Source: Eledone cirrhosa
Lineage: Eukaryota
Length of the DNA: 64,000 nucleotides
Direction: 5' to 3'
Assembly: GCA_964016885.1 (NCBI GenBank)
Contig: OZ024741.1
Span: 55,304,001 to 55,368,000, forward strand
The translations under genes and the position numbers were made by a program. The notes under the pieces were generated by a model that was not told the DNA's origin, did no database searches, and saw only the letters and a list, made by a program, of their open reading frames with translations. Shown here in pieces: positions 1 to 15,000 of this stretch. How positions within the stretch are numbered: the stretch's first letter is position 1; every line of letters starts with the position of its first letter.

Positions 1-641
1 GGTGGTGTTGGTGTTGTTGGTGGTGGTGTTGTTGGTGGTGGTGTTGTTGGTGTTGTTGGTGTTGGTGGTGTTGTTGTTGGTGGTGGTGTTGTTGGTGGTG
101 GTGCTGTTCGTGGTGGTGTTGTTGGTGTTGTTCCTGATGGTGTTGATGTTGTTGGTGGTGGTGTTGTTGGTGGCGGTGTTGTTGGTGGTGGTGTTGTTGG
201 TGGTGGTGTTGTTGGTAGTGTTGTTGTTGTTGATGGTGGTGTTGTTGGTGGTGTTGTTGTTGTTGTTGGTGCTGTTGCTGTTGGTGGTGTTGTTGTTGGT
301 GGTGGTGTTTTGTTGGTGATGGTGTTGTTGTTGGTGGTGTTGTTGGTGGTGGTGGTGTTGGTGGTGGTGGTGGTGGTGTTGGTGGTGTTTTTGTTGTTGG
401 TTGTAGGATTGTTGTTGGTTGTGTTGGTGTTGTTGTTGTTGGTGTTGTTGGAAGTTTTGTTGTTGGTGGTGTTTTTGTTGTGGTGGTGTTGTTGGTGGTT
501 ATGTTGTTGTTGGTGGTGTTGTTGGTGGTGGTGTTGTTGGTGTTGTTGTTGTTGGTGGTGGTGTTGTTGGTTGTGTTGTTGTTGTTGGTGGTGGTGTTGG
601 TGGTGGTGTTGTTGTTGGTGTTGTTGTTGGTGGTGGTGGTG

Positions 642-672
<31 letters not shown>

Positions 673-1359
673 GGTTGGTGGTGTTGTTGTTGTTGGTGGT
701 GTTGTTGTTGGTTGTGGTGTTGTTGTTGTTGGTGTTGTTGTTGGTGGTGGTGTTGATGTTGGTGTTGTTGTTGGTGGTGTTGGTGTTGGTGGTGTTGTTG
801 GTGGTGTTGTTGTTGTTGGTGGTGTTGTTGGTGGTCGTGTTGTTGTTGGGGGTGTTGGTGTTGTTGTTGTTGCTGTTGTTGGTGGTGGTGGTGTTGTTGG
901 TGGTGGTGTTGTTGGTGGTGGTGTTGTTGGTAGTGTTGTTGTTGTTGGTGGTGGAGTTGTTGGTGGTGTTGTTGTTGTTGGTGGTGCTGCTGCTGTTGGT
1001 GGTGTTGTTGTTGGTGGTGGTGTTTTGTTGGTGATGGTGTTGTTGTTGGTGGTGTTGTTGGTGGTGGTGGTGTTGTTGGTGGTGGAGGTGTTGGTGGTGT
1101 TTTTGTTGTTGGTTGTAGTGTTGTTGTTGGTTGTGTTGGTGTTGTTGTTGTTGGTGTTGTTGGAAGTGTTGTTGTTGGTGGTGTTTTTGTTGTGGTGGTG
1201 TTGTTGGTGGTTATGTTGTTGTTGGTGGTGTTGTTGGTGGTGGTGTTGTTGGTGATGTTGTTGTTGGTGGTGGTGTTGTTGGTGGTGTTGTTGTTGTTGT
1301 TGGTGGTGTTGTTGGTGGTGGTGTTGTTCTTGGTGTTGTTGTTGGTGGTGGTGGTGGTG

Positions 1360-1391
<32 letters not shown>

Positions 1392-4300
1392 GTTGGTGGT
1401 GTTGTTGGTGGTGTTGTTGTTGTTGGTGGTGTTGTTGTTGGTGGTGGTGGTGTTGTTGTTGGTGTTGTTGTTGGTGGTGTAGTTGTTGGTGTTGATGTTG
1501 ATGTTGTTGTTGACGGTGTTGGTGTTGGTGTTGTTGTTGGTGGTGTTCGTGTTGTTGTTGTTGGCGGTGTTTTTGTTGTTGGTGGTAGTGTTGTTGGTGT
1601 TGGTGGTGTTGTTGGTGTTGGTGTTGTTGTTGGTGGTGGTGTTGATGTTGGTGTTGTTGTTGGTGGTGTTGGTGTTGGTGTTTGTGTTGTTGGTGGTGTT
1701 TTTGTTGATGGTGTTGTTGTTGCTGGTGGTGTTGTTGTTGGTGGTGGTGTTTTTGTTGTTGGTGTTGTTTTTGTTGTTGGTGTTGTTGTTGGTGGTGTTG
1801 TTGATGTTGATGTTGTTGGTGGTGTTGGTGTTGGTGTTGTTGTTGGTGGTGTAGTTGTTGGTGTTGATGTTGATGTTGTTGTTGATGGTGTTGGTGTTCG
1901 TGTTGTTGTTGGTGGTGTTCGTGTTGTTGTTGTTGGAGGTGTTTTTGTTGTTAGTGGTAATGTTGTTGGTGTTGGTGGTGTTGTTGGTGTTGGTGTTGTT
2001 GTTGGTGCTGTTGTTGGTGGTGGTGTTGTTGTTGGTGGTGTTGGTTTGTTGTTGTTGGTGTTGTTGTTGGTGGTGGTGTTGTTGTTGGTGGTGTTGTTGG
2101 TGGTGGTGTTGTTGTTGTTGTTGGTGTTGTTGTTTGGTGGTGGTAGTGTTGTTGTTGGTGGTAATGTTGTTGGTGTTGTTGTTGCTGGTGGTGTTGTTGT
2201 TGGTGGTGTTGTTGTTGTTGGTGGTGGTGTTGTTGTTGGTGTTGTTGTTGCTGGTGGTGTTGTTGTTGGTGGTGGTGTTGTTGGTGGTGGTGTTGTTGGG
2301 TTGTTGGTGGTGGTGGTGGTGTCGGTGTTGGTGGTGGTGTTGTTGTTGGTGGTGTTGTTGGTGTTGGTGTTGTTGTTGGTGGTGTTGGTGTTGTTGTTGT
2401 TGGTGTTGTTGGAAGTGATGTTGTTGGTGGTGTTTTTGTTGGTGGTGGTGCTGTTGGTGGTGGTGTTGTTGGTGGTGGTGTTGTTGTTGGTGGTCGTGTT
2501 GTTGGTGGTGTTGTTGTTGGTGGTGGTGTTGTTGGTGGTGGTGTTGTTGGTGTTGGTATTGTTGTTGGTTGTGTTGGTGTTGTTGGTGTTGTTGGAAGTG
2601 TTGTTGTTGGTGGTGTTTTTGTGGGTGGTGGTGTTGTTGGTGGTGGTGTTGTTGGTGTTGTTGGTGGTGGTGTTGTTGGTGGTGTTGTTGTTGTTGGTGG
2701 TGTTGTTGGTGGTGGTGTCGTTGGTGGTCATGATGTTGGTGGTGGTGTTTTTGTTGGTGGTGTTGTTGTTGGTGGTGTTGTTGTTGGTGGTGTTTTTAGT
2801 GGTGGTGTTGTTGGTGGTGTTGTTGTTGGAAGTGTTGATAGTGGTGTTATTGGTGGTGGTGTTGTTGTTGGTGGTGTTGTTGGTGGTGGTTTTGTTGTTG
2901 GTGGTGTTGTTGGTGGTGGTATTGTTGTTGGTGGTGTTGTTGGTGTTGTTGTTGTTAGTTGTGTTGTTGTTGTTGGTGTTGTTGTTGGATGTGGTGTTGT
3001 TGGTGTTGTTGTTGTTGGTGGTGGTCTTATTGGTGGTGGTGTTGTTGGTGGTGTTGGTGGTGGTGTTGTTGTTGGTGGTGTTGTTGATGTTGGTGTTGTT
3101 GGTGGTGTTGGTGTTCGTGTTGTTGTTGGTGGTGTTATTGATGGTGGTGTTGTTGGTGGTGTTTTTGTTGTTGGTGGTAGTGTTGTTGGTGGTGGTGTTG
3201 TTGGTGTTGGTGTTGTTGTTGGTGGTGTTGTTGGTGGTGGTGTTGTTGGTGGTGGTGTTGTTGTTGGTGGTGTTGGTGTTGTTGTTGTTTGTGTTGTTGT
3301 TGGGGGTGTTGTTGGTGGTGATTTATTGTTGGTGGTAGTGTTGTTGGGGGTGGTGTTGTTGGTGGTGTTGGTGTTGTTGTCGTTGGTGGTGGTGTTGTTG
3401 TTGGTGGTTGTGTTGTTGGTGGTGGTGTTGTTGGTGGTGGTGTTGTTGGTGGTGTTGTTGGGGGTGCTGTTGTTGGTGGTGTTGGTGTTGTTGTTGTTGG
3501 TGGTGGTGTTGTTGTTGGTGGTGGTGTTGTTGGTGGTGGTGTTGTTGGTGGTGGTGTTGTTGGTGGTGTTGTTGTTGGTGGTGTTGTTGTTGGATGTGGT
3601 GTTGTTGGTGTTGTTGTTGTTGGTGGTGGTCTTATTGGTGGTGGTGTTGTTGGTGGTGTTGGTGGTGGTGTTGTTGTTGGTGGTGTTGTTGATGTTGGTG
3701 TTGTTGGTGGTGTTGGTGTTCGTGTTGTTGTTGGTGGTGTTATTGATGGTGGTGTTGTTGGTGGTGTTTTTGTTGTTGGTGGTAGTGTTGTTGGTGGTGG
3801 TGTTGTTGGTGTTGGTGTTGTTGTTGGTGGTGTTGTTGGTGGTGGTGTTGTTGGTGGTGGTGTTGTTGTTGGTGGTGTTGGTGTTGTTGTTGTTTGTGTT
3901 GTTGTTGGGGGTGTTGTTGGTGGTGATTTATTGTTGGTGGTAGTGTTGTTGGGGGTGGTGTTGTTGGTGGTGTTGGTGTTGTTGTCGTTGGTGGTGGTGT
4001 TGTTGTTGGTGGTTGTGTTGTTGGTGGTGGTGTTGTTGGTGGTGGTGTTGTTGGTGGTGTTGTTGGGGGTGCTGTTGTTGGTGGTGTTGGTGTTGTTGTT
4101 GTTGGTGGTGGTGTTGTTGTTGGTGGTGGTGTTGTTGGTGGTGGTGTTGTTGGTGGTGGTGTTGTTGGTGGTGTTGTTGTTGGTGGTGTTGGTGGTGTTG
4201 GTGGTGGGGTTTTTTTGGTGGTAGTGTTGTTGCTGGTGGTCTCGTTGGTGTTGGTGGTGTTGTTGGTGTAGGTGTTGTTGTTGTTGGTGTTGTTGGAAGT

Positions 4301-5403
4301 GTTGTTGTTGGTGGTGTTGTTGTTGTTGGTGGTGGTATTGTTGGTGTTGTTATTGCTGGTGGTGATGTTGTTGGTGGTGGTGTTGTTGTTGGTTGTGGTG
4401 TTGTTGGTGGTGGTGTTGTTGGGTTGTTGTTGGTGGTGGTGGTGTTGTTGGTGTTTTTGTTGTTGGTGCTAGTGTTGTTGTTGGTGGTGGTGTTGTTGGT
4501 GGTGGTGCTGTTGGTGGTGTTGTTGTTGGTGGTGGTGTTGTTGTTGGTGGTGTTGTTGGTGTTCGTGGTGTTGTTGGTGGTGGTGTTGTTGGTGGTGGTG
4601 TTGTTGGTGGTGTTGTTGTTGTTGGTGGTGTTGTTGGTGTTTTGGTGGTGTTGTTGTTGGAAGTGTTGACAGTGGTGTTGCTTTTGGTGGTGTTGGTGTT
4701 GTTGGTGGTGGTGTTGTTGGTGTTGTTGGTGTTGTTGGTGTTGGTGGTGTTGTTGTTGGTGGTGGTGTTGTTGGTGGTGGTGTTGTTGGTGGTGGTGTTG
4801 TTGGTGTTGTTCCTGATGGTGTTGGTGTTGCTGTTGGTGGTGTTGTTGTTGGTGGTGTTGTTGGTGCTGGTGTTGTACGTGGTGGTGGTGTTGGTGGTGG
4901 TGTTTTTGGTGTTGTTGTTGTTGGTGGTGGTGTTGTTGGGGTGGTGTTGTTGGTGGTGTTGTTGTTGTTGGTGGTGGTGTTGTTGGTGGTGTTGTTGTTG
5001 TTGTTGTTGGTGGTGTTGATGGTGGTGATATTGTTGGTGGTGTTGATAGTGGTGTTGTTGGTGGTGGTGTTGTTGGTGGTGTTGTTGTTGTTGTTGTTGG
5101 TGGTGTTGATGGTGGTGATGTTGTTGGTTGTGTTGATAGTGGTGTTGTTGGTGGTGGCGTTGTTGGTGTTGTTGTTGTTGGTGGTGGTGTTGTTGGTGGT
5201 GTTGATAGTGGTGTTGTTGGTGGTGTTGATGGTGGTGGTGTTGTTGGTGGTGTTGATAGTGGTGTTGTTGGTGGTGTTGATAGTGGTGTTGTTGGTGGTG
5301 TTGATGGTGGTGGTGTTGTTGTTGGTGTTGTTGGTGGTGTTGTTGGTGGTGGTGTTGATAGTGGTGTTGTTGGTGGTGCTGGTATTGCTGGCAGTAGTGG
5401 TGA
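1..5403. repeat. Compound (GGT)n/(GTT)n trinucleotide low-complexity tract, with internal ~600-700 bp duplications
   Basis: Plus strand is almost only G and T, as interleaved ggt/gtt triplets with frequent phase shifts. The marker 'atttattgttggtggtagtg' recurs at 3321 and 3926 (605 bp apart). Runs off the left edge of the window. Confidence 0.95.
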
Positions 5404-5445
5404 TGGAATTTGTCAGGAAATAAAATAGATTTTGTCAGTTCAAAT

Positions 5446-6003
5446 ACATACATAGACACACTCATACATAGAGATACACCCACATACATAGACATACACT
5501 CATATAGACACACTCATACATACAGATACACCCACATACATGGACATACACTCACATAGACACCATCATACATACAGATACACCCACATACATAGACATA
5601 CTCTCACATAGACATACTCATACATACAGATTCACCCACATACATAGACATACTCTCACATAGACACACTCATACATACAGATACACACACACATACATA
5701 GACATACTCTCACATAGACACACTCATACATACAGATACACCCACATACATAGACATACTCTCACATAGACACACTCATACATACAGATACACCCACATA
5801 CATAGACATACTCTCACATAGACACACTCATACAAACAGATACACACACACATACATAGAGATACTCTCACATAGACACACTCATACATACAGATACACC
5901 CACATACATAGACATACTCTCACATAGACACACTCATACATACAGATACACCCACATACATAGACATACTCTCACATAGACACACTCATACATACAGATA
6001 CAC
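5446..6003. repeat. 52-bp minisatellite, about 10 copies (catacagatacacccacatacatagacatactctcacatagacacactcata)
   Basis: Unit recurs with a 52-bp period (e.g. 5571 and 5623) and is built from CATA/CACA-type microsatellite variants. Confidence 0.9.
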
Positions 6004-9000
6004 CAGTATCCCAGAACACTACAACACCTACACTAGAACACCTTTAGAACACTACTACAGTATCCCAGAACACTACAACACCTACACTAGAACACCCTTA
6101 GAACACTACTACAGTATCCCAGAACACTACAACACCTACACTAGAACACCTTTAGAACACTACTGCAGTATCCCAGAACACTACAACACCTACACTAGAA
6201 CACCTTTAGAACACTACTACAGTAACCCAGAACAATACAACACCTACACTAGAACACCCTTAGAACACTACTACTGTAACCCAGAACACTACAACACCTA
6301 CACTAGAACACACTTAGAACACTACTACAGTAACCCAGAACAATACAACACCTACACTAGAACACCTTTAGAACACTACTGCAGTATCCCAGAACACTAC
6401 AACACCTACACTAGAAAACCTTTAGAACACTACTACAGTAACCCAGAACAATACAACACATACACTAGAACACCCTTAGAACACTACTACAGTAACCCAG
6501 AAAACTACAACACCTACACTAGAACACCCTTAGAGCATTACTACAGTAACCCAGAACACTACAACACCTACACTAGAACACCCTTAGAACACTACTACAG
6601 TAACCCAGAACACTACAACACCTACACTAGAACACCCTTAGAACACTACTGCAGTATCCCAGAACACTACAACACCTACACTAGAACACCCTTAGAACAC
6701 TACTGCAGTATCCCAGAACACTACAACACCTACACTAGAACACCCTTAGAACACTACTACAGTATCCCAGAACACTACAACACCTACACTAGAACACCCT
6801 TAGAACACTACTACAGTATCCCAGAACACTACAACACCTACACTAGAACACCCTTAGAACACTACTACAGTAACCCAGAACACTACAACACCTACACTAG
6901 AACATCCTTAGAACACTACTGCAGTATCCCAGAACACTACAACACCTACACTAGAACACCCTTAGAACACTACTACAGTATCACAGAACACTACAACACC
7001 TACACTAGAACACCCTTAGAACACTACTACAGTAACCCAGAACACTACAACACCTACACTAGAACATCCTTAGAACACTACTGCAGTATCCCAGAACACT
7101 ACAACACCTAAACTAGAACACCCTGAAAAAACTACTACAGTATCCCAGAACACTACAACACCTACGTTAGAACACCCTTAGAACACTACTACCGTATCCC
7201 TTAACACTACAACACCTACACTAGAACACCCTTAGAACACTACTACAGTATCCCAGAACACTAAAACACCTACACTAGAACACCCTTAGAATACTACTAC
7301 AGTAACCCAGAACACTACAACACCTACACTAGAACACCCTTAGAACACTACTACAGTATCCCAGAACACTACAACACCTACACTAGAACACCTTTAGAAC
7401 ACTACTACAGTAACCCAGAACAGTACAACACCTACACTAGAACACCCTTAGAACACTACTACAGTATCCCGGAACACTACAACACCTACACTAGAACAAC
7501 TTTAGAACACTACTACAGTATCCCAGAACAGTACAACACCTACACAAGAACACCCTTAGAACACTACTACAGTAACCCAGAACACTACAACACCTACACT
7601 AGAACACCCTTAGAACACTACTACAGTAACCCATTACAGTACAACACCTACACTAGAACACCCTTAGAACACTACTACAGTATCCCAGAACACTACAACA
7701 CCTACACTAGAACATCCTTAGAACACTACTGCAGTATCCCAGAACACTACAACACCTACACTAGAACACCCTTAGAACACTACTACATTATCCCAGAACA
7801 ATACAACACCTACACTAGAACACCCTTAGAACACTACTACAGTATCACAGAACACTACAACACCTACACTAGAACACCCTTAGAATACTACTACAGTATC
7901 CCAGAACACTACAACACCTACACTAGAACACCCTTAGAACACTACTACAGTAAACCAGAACACCACAACACCTACACTAGAACACCCTTAGAACACTACT
8001 GCAGTATCCCAGAACACTACAACACCTACACTAGAACACCCTTAGAACACTACTGCAGTATCCCAGAACAATACAACACCTACACTAGAACACCCTTAGA
8101 ACACTACTACAGTATCACAGAACACTACAACACCTACACTAGAACACCCTTAGAACACTACTACAGTATCCCAGAACACTAAAACACCTACACTAGAACA
8201 CCCTTAGAATACTACTACAGTAACCCAGAACACTACAACACCTACACTAGAACACCCTTAGAACACTACTACAGTATCCCAGAACACTACAACACCTACA
8301 CTAGAACACCTTTAGAACACTACTACAGTAACCCAGAACAGTACAACACCTACACTAGAACACCCTTAGAACACTACTACAGTATCCCGGAACACTACAA
8401 CACCTACACTAGAACACCTTCAGAACACTACTACAGTATCCCAGAACAGTACAACACCTACACAAGAACACCCTTAGAACACTACTACAGTAACCCAGAA
8501 CACTACAACACCTACACTAGAACACCCTTAGAACACTACTACAGTAACCCAGAACAGTACAACACCTACACTAGAACACCCTTAGAACACTACTACAGTA
8601 TCCCAGAACACTACAACACCTACACTAGAACACCCTTAGAATAGTACTACAGTAACCCAGAACACTACAACACCTACACTAGAACACCCTTAGAACACTA
8701 CTACAGTATCCCAGAACACTACAACACCTACACTAGAACACCCTTAGAACACTACTGCAGTATCCCAGAACACTACAACACCTACACTAGAACACCCTTA
8801 GAACACTACTACACTAACCCAGAACACTACAACATTTAAACTAGAACACCCTTAGAACACTACTACAGTATCCCAGAACACTACAACACCTACACTAGAA
8901 CACCCTTAGAACACTACTGCAGTAAACCAGAACACTACAACACCTACACAAGAACACCCTTAGAACACTACAACAGTATCCCAGAACACTACAACACCTA

Positions 9001-12000
9001 CACTAGTACATCCTTAGAACACTACTACAGTAACCCAGAACACTACAACACCTACACTAGAACACCCTTAGAACACTACTACAGTATCCCAGAACACTAC
9101 AACACCTACACTAGAACACCCTTAGAACACTACTACAGTATCCCAGAACAATACAACACCTACACTAGAACACCCTTAGAACACTACTACAGTATCCCAG
9201 AACACTACAACACCTACACTAGAACACCATTAGAACACTACTGCAGTATCCCAGAACACTACAAAACCTACACTAGAACACCCTTAGAATACTACTACAG
9301 TAACCCAGAACACCACAACACCTACACTAGAACACCCTTAGAACACTACTGCAGTATCCCAGAACACTACAACACCTACACTAGAACACCCTTAGAACAC
9401 TACTGCAGTATACCAGAACAATACAACACCTACACTAGAACACCCTTAGAACACGACTACAGTACCCCAGAACACTACAACACCTACACTAGAACACCCT
9501 TAGAACACGACTACAGTACCCCAGAACACTACAACACCTACACTAGAACACCCTTAGAACACGACTACAGTACCCCAGAACTCTATAACACCTACACTAG
9601 AACACCCTTAGAAGACTACTACAGTATCCCAGAACACTTCAACACCTACATCTAGAACACCCTTAGAACACTACTACAGTATCCCAGAACACTACAACAC
9701 CTACACTAGAACACCCTTAGAATACTACGACAGTATCCCAGAACACTACAATACATACACTAGAACACCCTTAGAACAATACTGCAGTATCCCAGAACAC
9801 TACAACACCTACACGAGAAAACCTTTAGAACACTACTACAGTAACCCAGAACACTACAACACCTACACTAGAACACCCTTAGAACACTACTACAGTAACC
9901 CAGAACACTACAACACCTACACAAGAACACCCTTAGAACACTACAACAGTATTCCAGAACACTACAACACCTACACTAGAACACCCTTAGAACACTACTA
10001 CAGTAACCCAGAACACTACAACACCTACACTAGAACACCCTTAGAACACTACTGCAGTATCCCAGAACACTACAACACCTACACTAGAACACCCTTAGAA
10101 CACTACTACACTAACCCAGAACACTACAACACTTAAACTAGAACACCCTTAGAACACTACTACAGTATCCCAGAACACTACAACACCTACACTAGAACAC
10201 CCTTAGAACACTACTACAGTATCCCAGAACACTACAACACCTACACTAGAACACCCTTAGAACACTACTACAGTATCCCAGAACACTACAACACCTACAC
10301 TAGAACACCCTTAGAACACTACTACAGTAACCCAGAACACTACAACACCTACACTAGAACACCCTTAGAACACTACTGTAGTATCCCAGTACACTACAAC
10401 ACCTACATTAGAACACCCTTAGAACACTACTACAGTATCCCAGAACACTACAACACCTGCACTAGAACACCTTTAGAACACTACTACAGTAACCCAGAAC
10501 ACTACAACACCTACACTAGAACACCCTTAGAACACTACTAAAGTATCCCAGAACACTACAACACCTACACTAGAACACCCTTAGAACACTACTGCAGTAT
10601 CCCAGAACACTACAACACCTACGTTAGAACACCCTTAGAACACTACTACAGTATCCCTTAACACTACAACACTTACACTAGAACACCCTTAGAACACTAC
10701 TGCAGTATCCCAGAACACTACAACACCTACACTAGAACACCCTTAGAACACTACTACAGTAACCCAGAACACTACAACACCTAAACTAGAACACCCTTAG
10801 AACACTACTACAGTATCCCAGAACACTACAACACCTGCACTAGAACACCTTTAGAACACTACTACAGTAACCCAGAACACTACAACACCTACACTAGAAC
10901 ACCCTTAGAACACTACTGCAGTATCCCAGAACACTACAACACCTACACTAGAACACCCTTAGAACACTACTGCAGTATCCCAGAACACTACAACACCTAC
11001 GTTAGAACACCCTTAGAACACTACTACAGTATCCCTTAACACTACAACACTTACACTAGAACACCCTTAAAATAGTACTACAGTAACCCAGAACACTACA
11101 ACACCTACACTAGAACACCCTTAGAACACTACTACAGTATCCCAGAACACTACAACACCTACACTAGAACACCCTTAGAATAGTACTACAGTAACCCAGA
11201 ACACTATAACACCTACACTAGAACACCCTTAGAACACTACTACAGTATCCCAGAGCACTACAACACCTACACTAGAACACCTTTAGAACACTACTACAGT
11301 AACCCAGAACAGTACAACACCTACACTAGAACACCCTTAGAACACTACTACAGTATCCAAGAACACTACAACCCCTTCACTAGAACACCCTTAGAATAGT
11401 ACTACAGTAACCCAGAACACTACAACACCTACACTAGAACACCCTTAGAACACTACTACAGTATCCCAGAACACTACAACACCTACACTAGAACACTCTT
11501 AGAACACTACTACAGTATCCCTGAACACTACAACACCTACACTAGAACACCCTTAGAACACTACTACAATATCCCAGAACACTACAACACCTACACTAGA
11601 ACACCCTTAGAATAGTACTACAGTAACCCAGAACACTACAACACCTACACTAGAACACCCTTAGAACACTACTACAGTATCCCAGAACACTACAACACCT
11701 ACACTAGAACACCTTTAGAAGACTACTACAGTAACCCAGAACAGTACAACACCTACACTAGAACACCCTTAGAACACTACTACAGTATCCCAGAACACTA
11801 CAACACCTACACTAGAACACCTTTAGAAGAGTAATACAGTAACCCAGAACACTACAACACCTACACTAGAACACCCTTAGAACACTACTACAGTATCCCA
11901 GAACACTACAACAGCTACACTAGAACACCCTTAGAACACTACTACAGTAACCCAGAACACTACAACACCTACACTAGAACACGCTTAGAACACTACTACA

Positions 12001-15000
12001 GTAACCCAGAACAGTACAACACCTACACTAGAACACCCTTAGAACACTACTACAGTATCCCAGAACACTACAACACCTACACTAGAACACCCTTAGAACA
12101 CTACTACAGTATCCCAGAACACTACAACAGCTACACTAGAACACCCTTAGAACACTACTACAGTAACCCAGAACACTACAACACCTACACTAGAACACGC
12201 TTAGAACACTACTACAGTAACCCAGAACAGTACAACACCTACACTAGAACACCCTTAGAACACTACTACAGTATCCCAGAACACTACAACACCTACACTA
12301 GAACACCCTTAGAACACTACTACAGTATCCCAGAACACTACAACACCTACACTAGAACAACCTTAGAACACTACTACAGTATCCCAGAACACTACAACAC
12401 CTACACTAGAACACCCTTAGAACACTACTACAGTATCCCAGAACACTACAACACCTACACTAGAACACCCTTAAAATAGTACTACAGTAACCCAGAACAC
12501 TGCAACAACTACATTGGAACAATCTTAGAATAGTACTACAGTAACCCAGAACACTACAACACTTACACTAGAACACCCTTAGAACACTACTACAGTATCC
12601 CAGAACACTACAACACCTACACTAGAACACCCTTAGAACACTACTACAGTATCCCAGAACACTACAACACCTACACTAGAACACCCTTAGAACACTACTA
12701 CAGTATCCCAGAACACTACAACACCTACACTAGAACACCCTTAGAATAGTACTACAGTAACCCAGAACACTACAACACCTACACTAGAACACCCTTAGAA
12801 CACTACTACAGTATCCCAGAACACTACAACACCTACACTAGAACACCCTTAGAACACTACTACAGTATCCCAGAACACTACAACACCTACACTAGAACAC
12901 CCTTAGAACACTACTACAGTATCCCAGAACACTACAACACCTACACTAGAACACCCTTAAAATAGTACTACAGTAACCCAGAACACTACAACACCTACAC
13001 TAGAACACCCTTAGAACACTACTACAGTATCCCAGAACACTACAACACCTACACTAGAACACCCTTAGAATAGTACTACAGTAACCCAGAACACTACAAC
13101 ACCTACACTAGAAAACCCTTAGAACACTACTACAGTATCCCAGAACACTACAACACCTACACTAGAACACCTTTAGAACACTACTACAGTAACCCAGAAC
13201 AGTACAACACCTACACTAGAACACCTTTAGAACACTACTACAGTATCCCAGAACACTACAACCCCTTCAATAGAACACCCTTAGAATAGTACTACAGTAA
13301 CCCAGAACACTACAACACCTACACTAGAACACCCTTAGAACACTACTACAGTATCCCAGAACACTACAACACCTACACTAGAACACCCTTAGAACACTAC
13401 TACAGTATCCCAGAACACTACAACACCTACACTAGAACACCCTTAGAACACTACTACAATATCCCAGAAAACTACAATACCTACACTAGAACACCCTTAG
13501 AACACTACTACAGTATCCCAGAACACTACAACACCTACACTAGAACACCCTTAGAACACTACTACAGTATCCCAGAACACTACAACACCTACACTAGAAC
13601 ACCTTTAGAACACTACTACAGTAACCCAGAACAGTACAACACCTACACTAGAACACCCTTAGAACACTACTACAGTAACCCAGAACACTACAACACCTAC
13701 ACTAGAACACGCTTAGAACACTACTACAGTAACCCAGAACAGTACAACACCTACACTAGAACACCCTTAGAACACTACTACAGTATCCCAGAACACTACA
13801 ACACCTACACTAGAATACCCTTAGAATAGTACTACAGTAACCCAGAACACTACAACACCTACACTAGAACACCCTTAGAACACTACTACAGTATCCCAGA
13901 ACACTACAACACCTACACTAGAGCACCCTTAGAATAGTACTACAGTATCCCAGAACACTACAACAACTACACTAGAACACCCTTAGAACACTACTACAGT
14001 AACCCAGAACACTACAACACCTACACTAGAACACCCTTAGAACACTACTACAGTAACCCAGAACACTACAACACCTATTCTAGAACACCCTTAGAACACT
14101 ACTACAGTATCCCAGAACAGTACAACACCTACACTAGAACACCCTTAGAACACTACTGCAGTATCCCAGAACACTACAACACCTACACTAGAACACCCTT
14201 AGAACACTACTACAGTAACCCAGAACACTACAACACCTACACTAGAACACCCTTAGAACACTACTACAGTAACCCAGAACACTACAACACCTATTCTAGA
14301 ACACCCTTAGAACACTACTACAGTATCCCAGAACACTACAACACCTACATTAGAACACCCTTAGAACACTACTGCAGTATCCCAGAACACTACAACACCT
14401 ACACTAGAACACCCTTAGAACACTACTACAGTAACCCAGAACACTACAACACCTACACTAGAACACCCTTAGAACACTACTACAGTAACCCAGAACACTA
14501 CAACGCCTATACTAGAACACCCTTAGAACACTACTACAGTCTCCCAGAACACTACAACACCTATACTAGAACACCCTTAGAACACTACTACAGTAACCCA
14601 GAAGACTACAACACCTATACTAGAACACCCTTAGAACACTACTACAGTATCCCAGAACACTACAACACCTACAATAGAACACCCTTAGAACACTACTGCA
14701 GTATCCCACAACACTACAACACCTACATTAGAACACCCTTAGAACACTACTACAGTAACCAAGAACACTACAACACCTACACTAGAACACCTTTAGAATA
14801 CTACTACAGTAACCCAGAACACTACAACACCTACACTAGAACACCCTTAGAACACTACTACAGTAACCCAGAACACTACAACACCTACACTAGAACACCC
14901 TTAGAACACTACTGCAGTATCCCAGAACACTACAATACCTACACTAGAACACCCTTAGAACACTACTGCAGTATCCCAGAACATTACAACACCTACACTA

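Noticed and set aside
2-5513. Long V/L/G/C/W-rich ORFs (+) and T/P/N/H/Q-rich mucin-like ORFs (-), up to 735 aa
   Set aside because: GGT/GTT triplets lack stops in most frames. The reading phase shifts repeatedly and no non-repetitive domain or credible start is present.
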